Below, in pieces: positions 45,456 to 53,708 of a stretch of DNA of 64,000 nucleotides. Source of the stretch: a virus; IMG/VR virus record IMGVR_UViG_3300042892_003562, positions 9,926 through 73,925 of that record. One strand, 5' to 3'. The position numbers were made by a program, and so were the translations under genes. The stretch's first letter is position 1; each line of letters begins with the position of its first letter. The notes beneath the pieces are model-generated. The model was not told the origin of the DNA. It searched no databases and was given only the letters and a program-made list of their open reading frames with translations.

Positions 45456-46864
45456 CAGAGGTATTTATAGGTCCACTTTGCGCTAGCGGAAATAGCACCA
45501 ACCAAAGCCACGCTGGATTTTTTCACCCAAATCCCAAATTCTAAAACACCCGCAACGCCTATGACGTAAGGATCGGTGGCAAAATCAAAAACCGCAGCAA
45601 GCGATCCAGAGCTTGGACTCCCTGCGGTGGTAGGATAACTGCTGCACACCGCCTTTGAGTCCGATGAGCACGACATATCAGCGCCCACTAATGTGGTGAA
45701 GTTCAAAATCACCACTCCTTTGTAGGAGTGAGTCCTATTAAGGGACGCGGGCGATACCGGGGCAGGGAAATGCGTCGAATCTCCCGGAGCTTGTCCGGGG
45801 GCTCTGAAATTGAGAGCAAGGTCGGTGAGGTTTGTGAAATTATACAGGTCCGCCACCACGTCAAACGCAACTTGCAGCTGTGCGCCTTCTACCAAGAACG
45901 AGGCGGGCAGCGGTATCTCTCCCAGCTTCAGGAAATAGGTCTGGGCTGCCCCGAAATCGTTAATGAATGCCATCGCGTGCTGCGATGGGAGCGCCACGTC
46001 CTGCATAAGCCGGATACCTCCAGTAGTGGAGTTATTATGCACTACGGCGTTTCCAGCACCGTCTCCGCTCAAACGACCGAGAGGTAAAATGACCGCAGAG
46101 GAATCTCCAAGGGAGATGCCTGATGTTGGCAGACTTTCCGGCATATACTCCGCGCCGATCCGCGTCGGGTCAGCCACTGCTCCTTTAAGCGTGGTGGTGA
46201 TCTCCGCAGCTGTTGGAAGTCCACCCGTTCCGCCACCTCCCACCACCACCCATGCGTCCACATACCAAACCGAGAATCCGCCGGTCTCCGGGTCGAACCA
46301 GATCGCGTCTCGGTCGTCAACTCCCGGCGTGGTGGTGGAGGTGATGAGCGGGGTTTCTCCTGTGTCTCCCGTGGGGCCGGTGGCTCCCGTGAGGCCGGTG
46401 GGGCCGGTGTTGCCGGTAGGTCCGGTGGCTCCTGCAGCTCCTGTGGGGCCTGTATAGGGCACCGCCTCGCTCAGCGTGTGCAGGGGGACGCTCGTCGTCG
46501 TCTGGCGCGTCGTGTCGCGCTTCAGGACCAGCGTGCCGTAAGCCACCGTCAGGATGACGCCCGTGGTCTCGTGCTCCGCTTGGATGTCCCAGTAGAGGGT
46601 CTTGCCACCGAGGTCCCGCGTGTCCACCGGATGGAACGTCACGGAGGCGCTGGAACTGACGACAGGATCGACAATGCCCACTCCGCTGGCGTATTGGAAC
46701 TTGGCCCCGAGGTCGCTCGCCGCGTTGGACGCCTTGGCCGTGAAGATGAGCTGGTAGGCCGAGCCGGGGCTGAACGCCGCTCCATCCACTTCCGTCTTCA
46801 ACGGAATGGACACCGTCTTGGTGTCTCCTGCGTAGAACGTGATCTCCTGTGATGTGAGCGCCAT
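45455..46864 (-). CDS. tail fibre with BppU-like N-terminus and collagen-like repeat
   Basis: GDTKTVS...YWDIQ N-terminal domain; (GxT)n run GPTGAAGATGPTGNTGPTG. Confidence 0.75.
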   Translation of the reverse strand: MALTSQEITFYAGDTKTVSIPLKTEVDGAAFSPGSAYQLIFTAKASNAASDLGAKFQYASGVGIVDPVVSSSASVTFHPVDTRDLGGKTLYWDIQAEHETTGVILTVAYGTLVLKRDTTRQTTTSVPLHTLSEAVPYTGPTGAAGATGPTGNTGPTGLTGATGPTGDTGETPLITSTTTPGVDDRDAIWFDPETGGFSVWYVDAWVVVGGGGTGGLPTAAEITTTLKGAVADPTRIGAEYMPESLPTSGISLGDSSAVILPLGRLSGDGAGNAVVHNNSTTGGIRLMQDVALPSQHAMAFINDFGAAQTYFLKLGEIPLPASFLVEGAQLQVAFDVVADLYNFTNLTDLALNFRAPGQAPGDSTHFPAPVSPASLNRTHSYKGVVILNFTTLVGADMSCSSDSKAVCSSYPTTAGSPSSGSLAAVFDFATDPYVIGVAGVLEFGIWVKKSSVALVGAISASAKWTYKYL

Positions 46865-46883
46865 GGTTTAGCCGGGCTAAAGG

Positions 46884-46928
46884 GGAAAAAGAAAGACAGC
46901 CCGCCCCCGCACTGGACGGAGACGGGCC
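46884..46928 (-). terminator. rho-independent terminator
   Basis: On the - strand: GGCCCGTCTCCG-loop-CGGGGGCGGGCT followed by a U-rich tract (TCTTTCTTTTT). Confidence 0.75.
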
Positions 46929-46936
46929 GGGTTAGG

Positions 46937-47257
46937 TTAGTGGCTGACGCGATACCAAGCGTTTCCAATCGCCCGGTAGGTTCCGGTCGTGGCGTTCGCA
47001 ACGGTCGACGTGGCGGCTCCGGTAGCCGAAGCTCCGCTGTAGATGACGTCGGGACTCACGGCGGTCACAGTGGCAACCGTGGACGTCCCTGCGGCGATCA
47101 CGGTGAACTCCTTGCGGCGTCCCTTCGAGGAAGGAAGTGTCAAAACGGTGGTGGCTCCTGATGTCAGGAGGGTCACTTTACGACTCAAAGTCGCGGCAGC
47201 GGTAACAGCCTTGATCTTGTTGTTGTAAGTGAGAAGTGGGAGAATGACTTTTTTCAT
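46937..47257 (-). CDS. putative capsid decoration protein
   Basis: MKKVILPLL...; Thr/Ala-rich, 106 aa, directly after the major capsid gene. Confidence 0.6.
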   Translation of the reverse strand: MKKVILPLLTYNNKIKAVTAAATLSRKVTLLTSGATTVLTLPSSKGRRKEFTVIAAGTSTVATVTAVSPDVIYSGASATGAATSTVANATTGTYRAIGNAWYRVSH

Positions 47258-47285
47258 GATGATTTTAAGTAGGCCCGTTAAGCAG

Positions 47286-47319
47286 AAAACCCCGGCCCGG
47301 ATGGGCGTCCAGACCGGGG
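47286..47319 (-). terminator. rho-independent terminator after the major capsid gene
   Basis: CCCCGGTCTGGA-loop-TCCGGGCCGGGG-TTTT on the - strand. Confidence 0.75.
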
Positions 47320-47334
47320 ATAACACACTACTGT

Positions 47335-48804
47335 TTAGCCAAGCGAACTGCCGTCCATGATGCGTCCGTCTGGAGCTGCGACCGCGAGGTGACGAATCAC
47401 GATGCCGAACTCCGGAGAGTCGGGACGGGTGCCGTTCGACCATGTTCCACGGAACTGACCGATTGAACCATCGGGGTTGTCATCGCGGTGCTCGTAGTTG
47501 GTCCAGCGATAGCTGCCCGCGTAGTTCATCGCAGGGAAGTTGGCTTGACCCACCGAGGTGATTGGTTTTGGAACCAGCGTGGTGCAGACACCCTGATGGT
47601 AGACGTAGGAATCTTCCCAAGTGGCGGTGAGCCAATTAGGATTAGGAACACGCTTGTAAACACCCGAGGAAGCAGGAGTTTCCACGACATAGAATTGCGG
47701 AACCTTGCACCAGAACGACGCGGCGGTGGTGCCGGTGGTGATGGCAACAAGTGCAGTGGCAGTGGCGCTCTTAACGACGTAAGCGGTCGTGGACGAGCGG
47801 CTGACAACCTCAAGTTTCTGGGAACCGGTGAGGATGGTGGAACCCTTGAAGAGGGTATAGGCAGGGGCACCGTTCAGCACCAGTGCGCCAGTGGTGGCGT
47901 TCAGGGTGTCGATGGTGGTCGTGCCGCTGGCAATAAATTCCCAGCGGTCCACCTTCTCGTCGCAGGTGTGGACGAAACCGTTGTAGCTCCACTTCTTGCC
48001 CATCGCGGCGAGGAGGCCCTCGTTCTGCGAGCTGTAGCGGAAGTCCTCGCGGACATCAGGGTCGGCCATGATCAGGCGGCGCGACTGGCGCGGCGAGGTG
48101 ATCAGTGAGTAGCCTGCGGAACCACCAGCTTGACCAAGAGAGTCCTCTCCTGCACCTTGATGGTTCAGGAACTCATAGATGATATCAGTGAATCCATTGG
48201 TGAGAATTGAGCTGTCCGTTCCACTGTATGCAGGAAACGCGGTGTTGCCGTAATCTCCGCCATCCAAGCTGAAGCTGGAATCAAGGACGCAAAGATTGTC
48301 GGCGATGCGCTTGTATTCCGAGCGGGAGCGCTCAATCTGAAGCTCGCGACCTTGGTCGGCCAGAGCGTTGATGCAGGCACCCATTTGCTTTACCCGGACG
48401 AACTTGTCGCGCAGGTTGTTGGTGTTCATCGGAGGACCCCACACGGCCTTGTGTTGGAGGCGGTAGTCACGAAGGGTTTGCGTGAACTCAACGGTATCCG
48501 AAGGAGGAAGGCCAGCTCCGGTGCCTGAAAGGTGGTTGGCGGTGTTGTCGCTGGCACTCAGGTCCGTGGCGACGTTCGCCCAATCCACTTCTTCAGCGAG
48601 AGCTCCAGTGGTGCTGGCAGCCGTCACGAGTTTGGCGCGGTCGAATTGGAAGGTTTTCTGGACCGAGGAAATTTCGTCAGACCAAGTTTCCTTGCGTCCG
48701 AGGGTGATCCAAGGGGTGGGACGACCCATGATCTTTTGATTGATCATCGGTCCGATTTGGGGTGCTTGTTGGACCATGAGGTCCGCGACAGAATAGGTAG
48801 CCAT
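47335..48804 (-). CDS. major capsid protein
   Basis: 489 aa; order portal-scaffold-this gene; long leader and downstream terminator. Confidence 0.75.
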   Translation of the reverse strand: MATYSVADLMVQQAPQIGPMINQKIMGRPTPWITLGRKETWSDEISSVQKTFQFDRAKLVTAASTTGALAEEVDWANVATDLSASDNTANHLSGTGAGLPPSDTVEFTQTLRDYRLQHKAVWGPPMNTNNLRDKFVRVKQMGACINALADQGRELQIERSRSEYKRIADNLCVLDSSFSLDGGDYGNTAFPAYSGTDSSILTNGFTDIIYEFLNHQGAGEDSLGQAGGSAGYSLITSPRQSRRLIMADPDVREDFRYSSQNEGLLAAMGKKWSYNGFVHTCDEKVDRWEFIASGTTTIDTLNATTGALVLNGAPAYTLFKGSTILTGSQKLEVVSRSSTTAYVVKSATATALVAITTGTTAASFWCKVPQFYVVETPASSGVYKRVPNPNWLTATWEDSYVYHQGVCTTLVPKPITSVGQANFPAMNYAGSYRWTNYEHRDDNPDGSIGQFRGTWSNGTRPDSPEFGIVIRHLAVAAPDGRIMDGSSLG

Positions 48805-49068
48805 AATTTTAGGTGGTTATCGAGAGTTCTTTGTTTAGCCCGGCTAAAGATCGGTGATCTTTCTTGGTTGATGCCAAGGCTTGGAAAACAGAGCTGGCGC
48901 ACTTGCGCTTGCTCAAAGGATGCTTTCTTAGAACGGATAACGACCGAGCCTCCGAATCAGGACCTTTTCAAAACCCGCCTGATTGTTGGGTTCGAGAAGG
49001 TTTTGCCCTAATCCGGAGGCCACGTCAACTACTTTGTTTCAGGAATCTTGAAATTCCCAAAATATTTA

Positions 49069-50268
49069 TCAATGCGTGAACGCGTAGTCGCTGTTCATAG
49101 CTTCCATGAAGTCCTTCGGCTTGTTGCCGTCGGGCTTGGTGGCCTGCACGGAACTCCCGGCCTTGGCTGCCGTGCGGACGCTCTTGACGTCCTCCTTCTC
49201 ATACACTGAAAGGCGCTTCTTGAGGGCGACCAGCTCCTTCATCGCGTGCGGCAGGGCGGACCCGGCGAACGCGGCGAACGCCATGTCGTTTGCTTTAGCC
49301 CGGCTAAAGTCAATCGCCAGCCCCTTGGCCACCAGCTCCTTGAACTTGGGTGTCTCGCCGTCCTCGTCGACAAAGCCCGGAATCACTTCCTTGTATTTGT
49401 CCCAGATGGACTTCTGGAGGGTTTGGACGCTGACGCGTTGGTCGGCCAGCAGCTTGCGCTCGGATTCGACGCGTTGCACCTTCTGTCGTTCCAGTTCGCC
49501 CTCGGCATTGGCCATCATCTGCTCGCGCTTGTCGATGAGGTCGCCGAACTTCTCGCCGAACGACAACACCTTGGACTGGATGACAAGGGACGCCTCGCCG
49601 AAATGGGTGGACATCAGCTCCTCTTGGACAACGGGATCGCGTTCCTTGATGATCTGGCGAAGGATTTGCGGGTCGAGCTGGAGACGCTCGGAAAGCTGGT
49701 CGGCTTGGGTGAAGATGGCGGCGGCTGGCTGAACCACCTCGCGCTGGTAAACGTCTTCCGACTCCACCTTGAGCTTGGCGCTCTGTGAGCTCACCTCGGT
49801 CAAGCGGGCCTTCAGGCCGTCAATCTCTGCGGTCTTGAGCTCAAGCTCTTGCAGTTTGGCTTGAACCTCGGGCGTGACGGTGGACTGCTTGGCGGCTTTC
49901 AGCTCAGCCTTGAGGGCTCTGAACTTCTCCCCGGCCTTGGCCTCCATCCCTTTGACCTCCTCCTCGGTCTGCTTGTCGAAGGCCTCCTCGTTGAAGGCTC
50001 CCTCCTTGACCGGCTCCTTGGCCTCTACGGGCGTCTCTGGCGCGTCGGAGAAGAATTCCTCCTCAATGACAGGGGTGGTGTCTTCCGGCGTCTCCTTGGG
50101 CTCCACGGGAGCATCAGGAACGGCGGCTACGGGGTCGGGCGCGGCTGGCGTTGGTTCCAGTCCGGCTTGCGGGCCGTCAAAGAACGCGTCCATCGCGGCC
50201 ATCACGTCGTGGTTGGGGTCGCCGTAAACAGCGTCCGCCATTGTTGTATCTGTGTTTTCTTGAGACAT
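49069..50268 (-). CDS. capsid scaffolding protein
   Basis: Acidic Pro-rich N-terminus and long coiled coil; located between portal and capsid. Confidence 0.7.
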   Translation of the reverse strand: MSQENTDTTMADAVYGDPNHDVMAAMDAFFDGPQAGLEPTPAAPDPVAAVPDAPVEPKETPEDTTPVIEEEFFSDAPETPVEAKEPVKEGAFNEEAFDKQTEEEVKGMEAKAGEKFRALKAELKAAKQSTVTPEVQAKLQELELKTAEIDGLKARLTEVSSQSAKLKVESEDVYQREVVQPAAAIFTQADQLSERLQLDPQILRQIIKERDPVVQEELMSTHFGEASLVIQSKVLSFGEKFGDLIDKREQMMANAEGELERQKVQRVESERKLLADQRVSVQTLQKSIWDKYKEVIPGFVDEDGETPKFKELVAKGLAIDFSRAKANDMAFAAFAGSALPHAMKELVALKKRLSVYEKEDVKSVRTAAKAGSSVQATKPDGNKPKDFMEAMNSDYAFTH

Positions 50269-50302
50269 AGTGTGTTTGGTTGGAGATTAGTTGCAGGTCG
50301 GT

Positions 50303-50575
50303 TTACAGTTGTTTTTTTGAGGAAGATCTTCGAAGGGCGCTTGTTGAGCGATTGTTTCTTTTGGCGCGAAACAAAACCCGATATTCGTTTGGATCGAGTG
50401 GCTCCTCATGCTGGAAAAAACCATTGGCATCACTTGATGATGCCCTCACAACTTGGAATTCCATATCATGAACCAGATTGCAATCGCAACAAGACATTCT
50501 ATATCCAACCATCACAGGAGGAACCCACCGACTCCATCCGTCTTCGGTTTCTTTTTCGATAATGAATTTTGCCAT
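50303..50575 (-). CDS. small CCDC-motif protein (moron)
   Basis: YRMSCCDCNLVH; AT-rich insertion. Confidence 0.65.
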   Translation of the reverse strand: MAKFIIEKETEDGWSRWVPPVMVGYRMSCCDCNLVHDMEFQVVRASSSDANGFFQHEEPLDPNEYRVLFRAKRNNRSTSALRRSSSKKQL

Positions 50576-50579
50576 GAGT

Positions 50580-50741
50580 TTAATCGTTGGTTGGCTTGCT
50601 TGGAGATTGTTTCCATTGATCCTTTTTTGCGACTAGCCAGTCACTCTTCCAGAACCAATAGCGGCAACGCCCATAAAGAAGTTGAAATCTCAAGCGATCC
50701 TCAAAAGGAAGATCCTTAATCCATGGATGATTACTAATCAT
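50580..50741 (-). CDS. 53-aa hypothetical protein (moron)
   Basis: MISNHPW...KPTND*; AT-rich. Confidence 0.5.
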   Translation of the reverse strand: MISNHPWIKDLPFEDRLRFQLLYGRCRYWFWKSDWLVAKKDQWKQSPSKPTND

Positions 50742-50745
50742 GATT

Positions 50746-51006
50746 TTAGTCGTTGGTCGGTTTGAGGCGGCGGGAGGTGGAGCCTTCAAACTGAGGCTTC
50801 ATCTCCGCCAAGGCGTAGAGCTTCAGCAAGACCGCCACGGCCCCTTCCGTGTGGTTGTAGGCCATCGCACAGGCTTCCAGCGTTGTCGCCCCGCGTCGCT
50901 CGCGGAACACCCCGTTGAGAGCTTCCTCGATGGCCTTGGTCATGGTCTGGCTTTGAAGCAGCGCCTTGAGGTCCTGCTGCTCTAGGACGGATAGTAGTGT
51001 TTTCAT
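50746..51006 (-). CDS. small conserved head-module protein
   Basis: 86 aa, directly after the portal; palindrome 5 nt upstream of the ATG. Confidence 0.65.
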   Translation of the reverse strand: MKTLLSVLEQQDLKALLQSQTMTKAIEEALNGVFRERRGATTLEACAMAYNHTEGAVAVLLKLYALAEMKPQFEGSTSRRLKPTND

Positions 51007-51021
51007 GAATCTTTAGCCGGG

Positions 51022-53343
51022 CTAAACCTGCGTGGCCTTGAGGCGTTGGAGCTTGGCCTGCGCCTCGGCGTCTTTGGTGACCAGTCCGCTCATCGCCTTC
51101 TGGGCCTCGGCCACCTGCTTCCATTCCCCGGCCTTCTTGATGTTCTCCAGCTTGAGCAAACCAATCTGCATTTCCTGCTGCATCTTCTGGCGATGCTTCA
51201 TGTCGCTCATCTGCATCTCCTGCTGGGTCTTCTGCTGGAGCTTCTGGTCCTCGCTGAGCTCCTGTTGCTCGCCGCCGGGGCCTTGTTCGCCGCCCTCTTG
51301 AGCCGCCTTGTTGATCATCTTCAGGCCGTTGACGACAATCTCGCCAACCTGCTGGACCTGCTGGTGATACTGGTTGAGCTCAGGCTGCACGCTCTCGTGA
51401 ACCACCGTCATCTCCAAAGTTGCAACCGCATGATCGTAAAGCATTTGATGCTCCATCGTCCATTGCATGAGGTCGACCTGACCCTCGTCCACCCCCTTCA
51501 ATCCCTCCATGAGCTTGTTGATGTGGATGGGGAGGTGCACCATGTGGAGCTGGCCGTCCTTCGGGTCCATGTAGTCGCCTTCGAGAAGCTGGAAGTTTTC
51601 CAAGGTGGCAATCGAGTCGTCGTATGGAATGCGGGTCTCGTTCGGCGTTCCGGCGTAGCGGTCGGCCAAGTCCACCCCGCCCAACATAATCAAACGGTCG
51701 TAGTCGAAGTTTTTACGTCCCACCGCGTCCCACGTCGAATAGCCTTGCTGGATCTGGTCCATCAGCATGATCCGTGACGCACGGGAACCGGTGCCAATGA
51801 TCCGCGTGGCCTGCACCCGCTTGAAGTCGATTTGCTTGAAGACGCTCTCAGGGACGCCACGGGCCACACAGCGGGCCTTCATCTCGCGCACGCGGGCCGC
51901 AGCCTGCTTGTCCTTCTGCCTGACCGTGAACGCCCGACGGACCTTCTCCTTCGTGATCTTGTCGTAGGGACCGTAGAACAACGTGACGGCGAAGCTGTTG
52001 AGCTTGTTGATGAAATCGAGCTTGGAGCTGACTTCCAGCTTCGTCTGACGGCTCTTGTCGTCGTTCATCATCATGTCGCCGGAAGCAAGACCGCCGGTCG
52101 CCCGGTTGAGGATGGAACGCGTTTCGTTGATGGCTGGCATCAAGGCGTTGTTCAGGTTGATCCCCACCTGCCTGTCCGGCATCTTCATCGTCGGCGGAAT
52201 CATGATGGCCGAGCCGGAGTCGATCAGCATCATGTCCTGCTCGTCTTCCGTGGAAGCTGGCTGGAGAATCAACGACGACCCGACCCGGGCATTATCGAGC
52301 ATCTTGCAATGGAGGATGTCCCCGGCGTTGCACAGCTGGAAGATCAAATATCCCAAGCCGCGCACCGTGTAGAGCCGCCCGCCGTTACCTACGCTGAAAG
52401 GAAAGATTTGGAACGCCTGATCCACCGAATCGTAGTGGCCCGGCGACTTGAAGATGAAATCCTCCGGCCCGCCGTCCTGATCGGACAGCGCGTTCTTGGC
52501 CGAGATGTAGTAGGACCAGCGTCCGTCAAACTCCCTGATCCACGAATGGATGACGGCGATGTCCTCGCACTTGGAGTCGACAAAAATCTCGTTCGCCTTG
52601 ATCTGGCGCTGCATCTCCTCCCAGTCGTTCCAGTCGGACTTCACCTGACGGGCGCTTTGGAGAATGGCCTTGCGAATGGCGTCCTCGTTCCAGCCCTCGC
52701 CGCCAATCTTGGTGAACAACTCGGTGACACCGTAGGAGCCCAGCGAATGCGCCTGCTCGATCTTGGAGGTGATGATGCCGCTCTTGCGCGGAAACTTGAA
52801 ATGGTCGAGACCGGCGACGGAATACTGCATCGTCTCCTTGTCGTCGAAATAGGCAATGGCCACCCCGTGCTTGACGTAGGTGGCGGCGAGCTGGATGTGC
52901 AGGGCCAACGCCCCGTCATCATCCCGGTCCATCACCGTGTATTCCTCGGCCAAAATCTGGCTCCACGTCAGCGCCTGCTGCTTATCCACCGTGGGAAGCA
53001 GAGGGATGTCAGCCAGCACTTTGGGCGTAGTGTAGATGTCGACGTAGGCGGCTTGGGCTTCCGTGAGGATGGTGGCTCCCTCACCGGTGGTGATGTTGAA
53101 GCGGTCGCTCTGGCCCTTGTTCTCCAGCTCGGCGGCGTCGTGCGGCGGCGTGTAATCGGCCAACCCGTCCACCAAGGAGCGGTTGAACGAACTGTCGTTG
53201 TCAGCCTCGCGCAGGAGCTCGTAGCCGTTCCGCGCCGCAGCCGGACTCCCCAGCCTTTCCTTCGGTTCCTCCAGCGTCTCGGCGTCGAGGGTTTTCAAGT
53301 CGTCGAGCGACTGCTCCGATTCGCGGAAGAGGGAGGTGGTCAT
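51022..53343 (-). CDS. portal protein
   Basis: 773 aa downstream of terminase; Gln-rich C-terminal coiled coil as in P22-like portals. Confidence 0.75.
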   Translation of the reverse strand: MTTSLFRESEQSLDDLKTLDAETLEEPKERLGSPAAARNGYELLREADNDSSFNRSLVDGLADYTPPHDAAELENKGQSDRFNITTGEGATILTEAQAAYVDIYTTPKVLADIPLLPTVDKQQALTWSQILAEEYTVMDRDDDGALALHIQLAATYVKHGVAIAYFDDKETMQYSVAGLDHFKFPRKSGIITSKIEQAHSLGSYGVTELFTKIGGEGWNEDAIRKAILQSARQVKSDWNDWEEMQRQIKANEIFVDSKCEDIAVIHSWIREFDGRWSYYISAKNALSDQDGGPEDFIFKSPGHYDSVDQAFQIFPFSVGNGGRLYTVRGLGYLIFQLCNAGDILHCKMLDNARVGSSLILQPASTEDEQDMMLIDSGSAIMIPPTMKMPDRQVGINLNNALMPAINETRSILNRATGGLASGDMMMNDDKSRQTKLEVSSKLDFINKLNSFAVTLFYGPYDKITKEKVRRAFTVRQKDKQAAARVREMKARCVARGVPESVFKQIDFKRVQATRIIGTGSRASRIMLMDQIQQGYSTWDAVGRKNFDYDRLIMLGGVDLADRYAGTPNETRIPYDDSIATLENFQLLEGDYMDPKDGQLHMVHLPIHINKLMEGLKGVDEGQVDLMQWTMEHQMLYDHAVATLEMTVVHESVQPELNQYHQQVQQVGEIVVNGLKMINKAAQEGGEQGPGGEQQELSEDQKLQQKTQQEMQMSDMKHRQKMQQEMQIGLLKLENIKKAGEWKQVAEAQKAMSGLVTKDAEAQAKLQRLKATQV

Positions 53344-53366
53344 AGGTGTTTAGCCGGGCTAAAGGA

Positions 53367-53645
53367 TTATCGTCCGCGCTCTTGCAGGGCTTCTGGGTTG
53401 GCGATAATAATCGCAGTCCCCGTCACAGCGGTCACGACAATCGCCATTTCCGAGTGCGCCCCGTAGTTGATCACGGACTGTTCGGCTGTCACCGTCAGCG
53501 GCGTGGCAAACGCTTGGTAGGTTCCCGGCGCGGTCAAATACTTGATCGTTGCGGTGATGGTGCCTGACGTGGCTAGGCGAAGCGTGCGCCCCGGAGTGAT
53601 GTCAACAAGGTAGGTGCCTGTCGCGGTGATTGTGAGTTTTTGCAT
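53367..53645 (-). CDS. small Thr-rich beta protein
   Basis: 92 aa between terminase and portal. Confidence 0.65.
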   Translation of the reverse strand: MQKLTITATGTYLVDITPGRTLRLATSGTITATIKYLTAPGTYQAFATPLTVTAEQSVINYGAHSEMAIVVTAVTGTAIIIANPEALQERGR

Positions 53646-53708
53646 GAGCTATGAAGAGGTTGGGCTCTTTTCCATCAATCCAGCCTGATTGTCAAGCATT
53701 CAAGATGA

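Noticed and set aside
47334-47348. Possible 27th palindrome, TTTAGCCAAGCGAAC, at the capsid stop codon
   Set aside because: Three mismatches break the right arm, so it was not counted.
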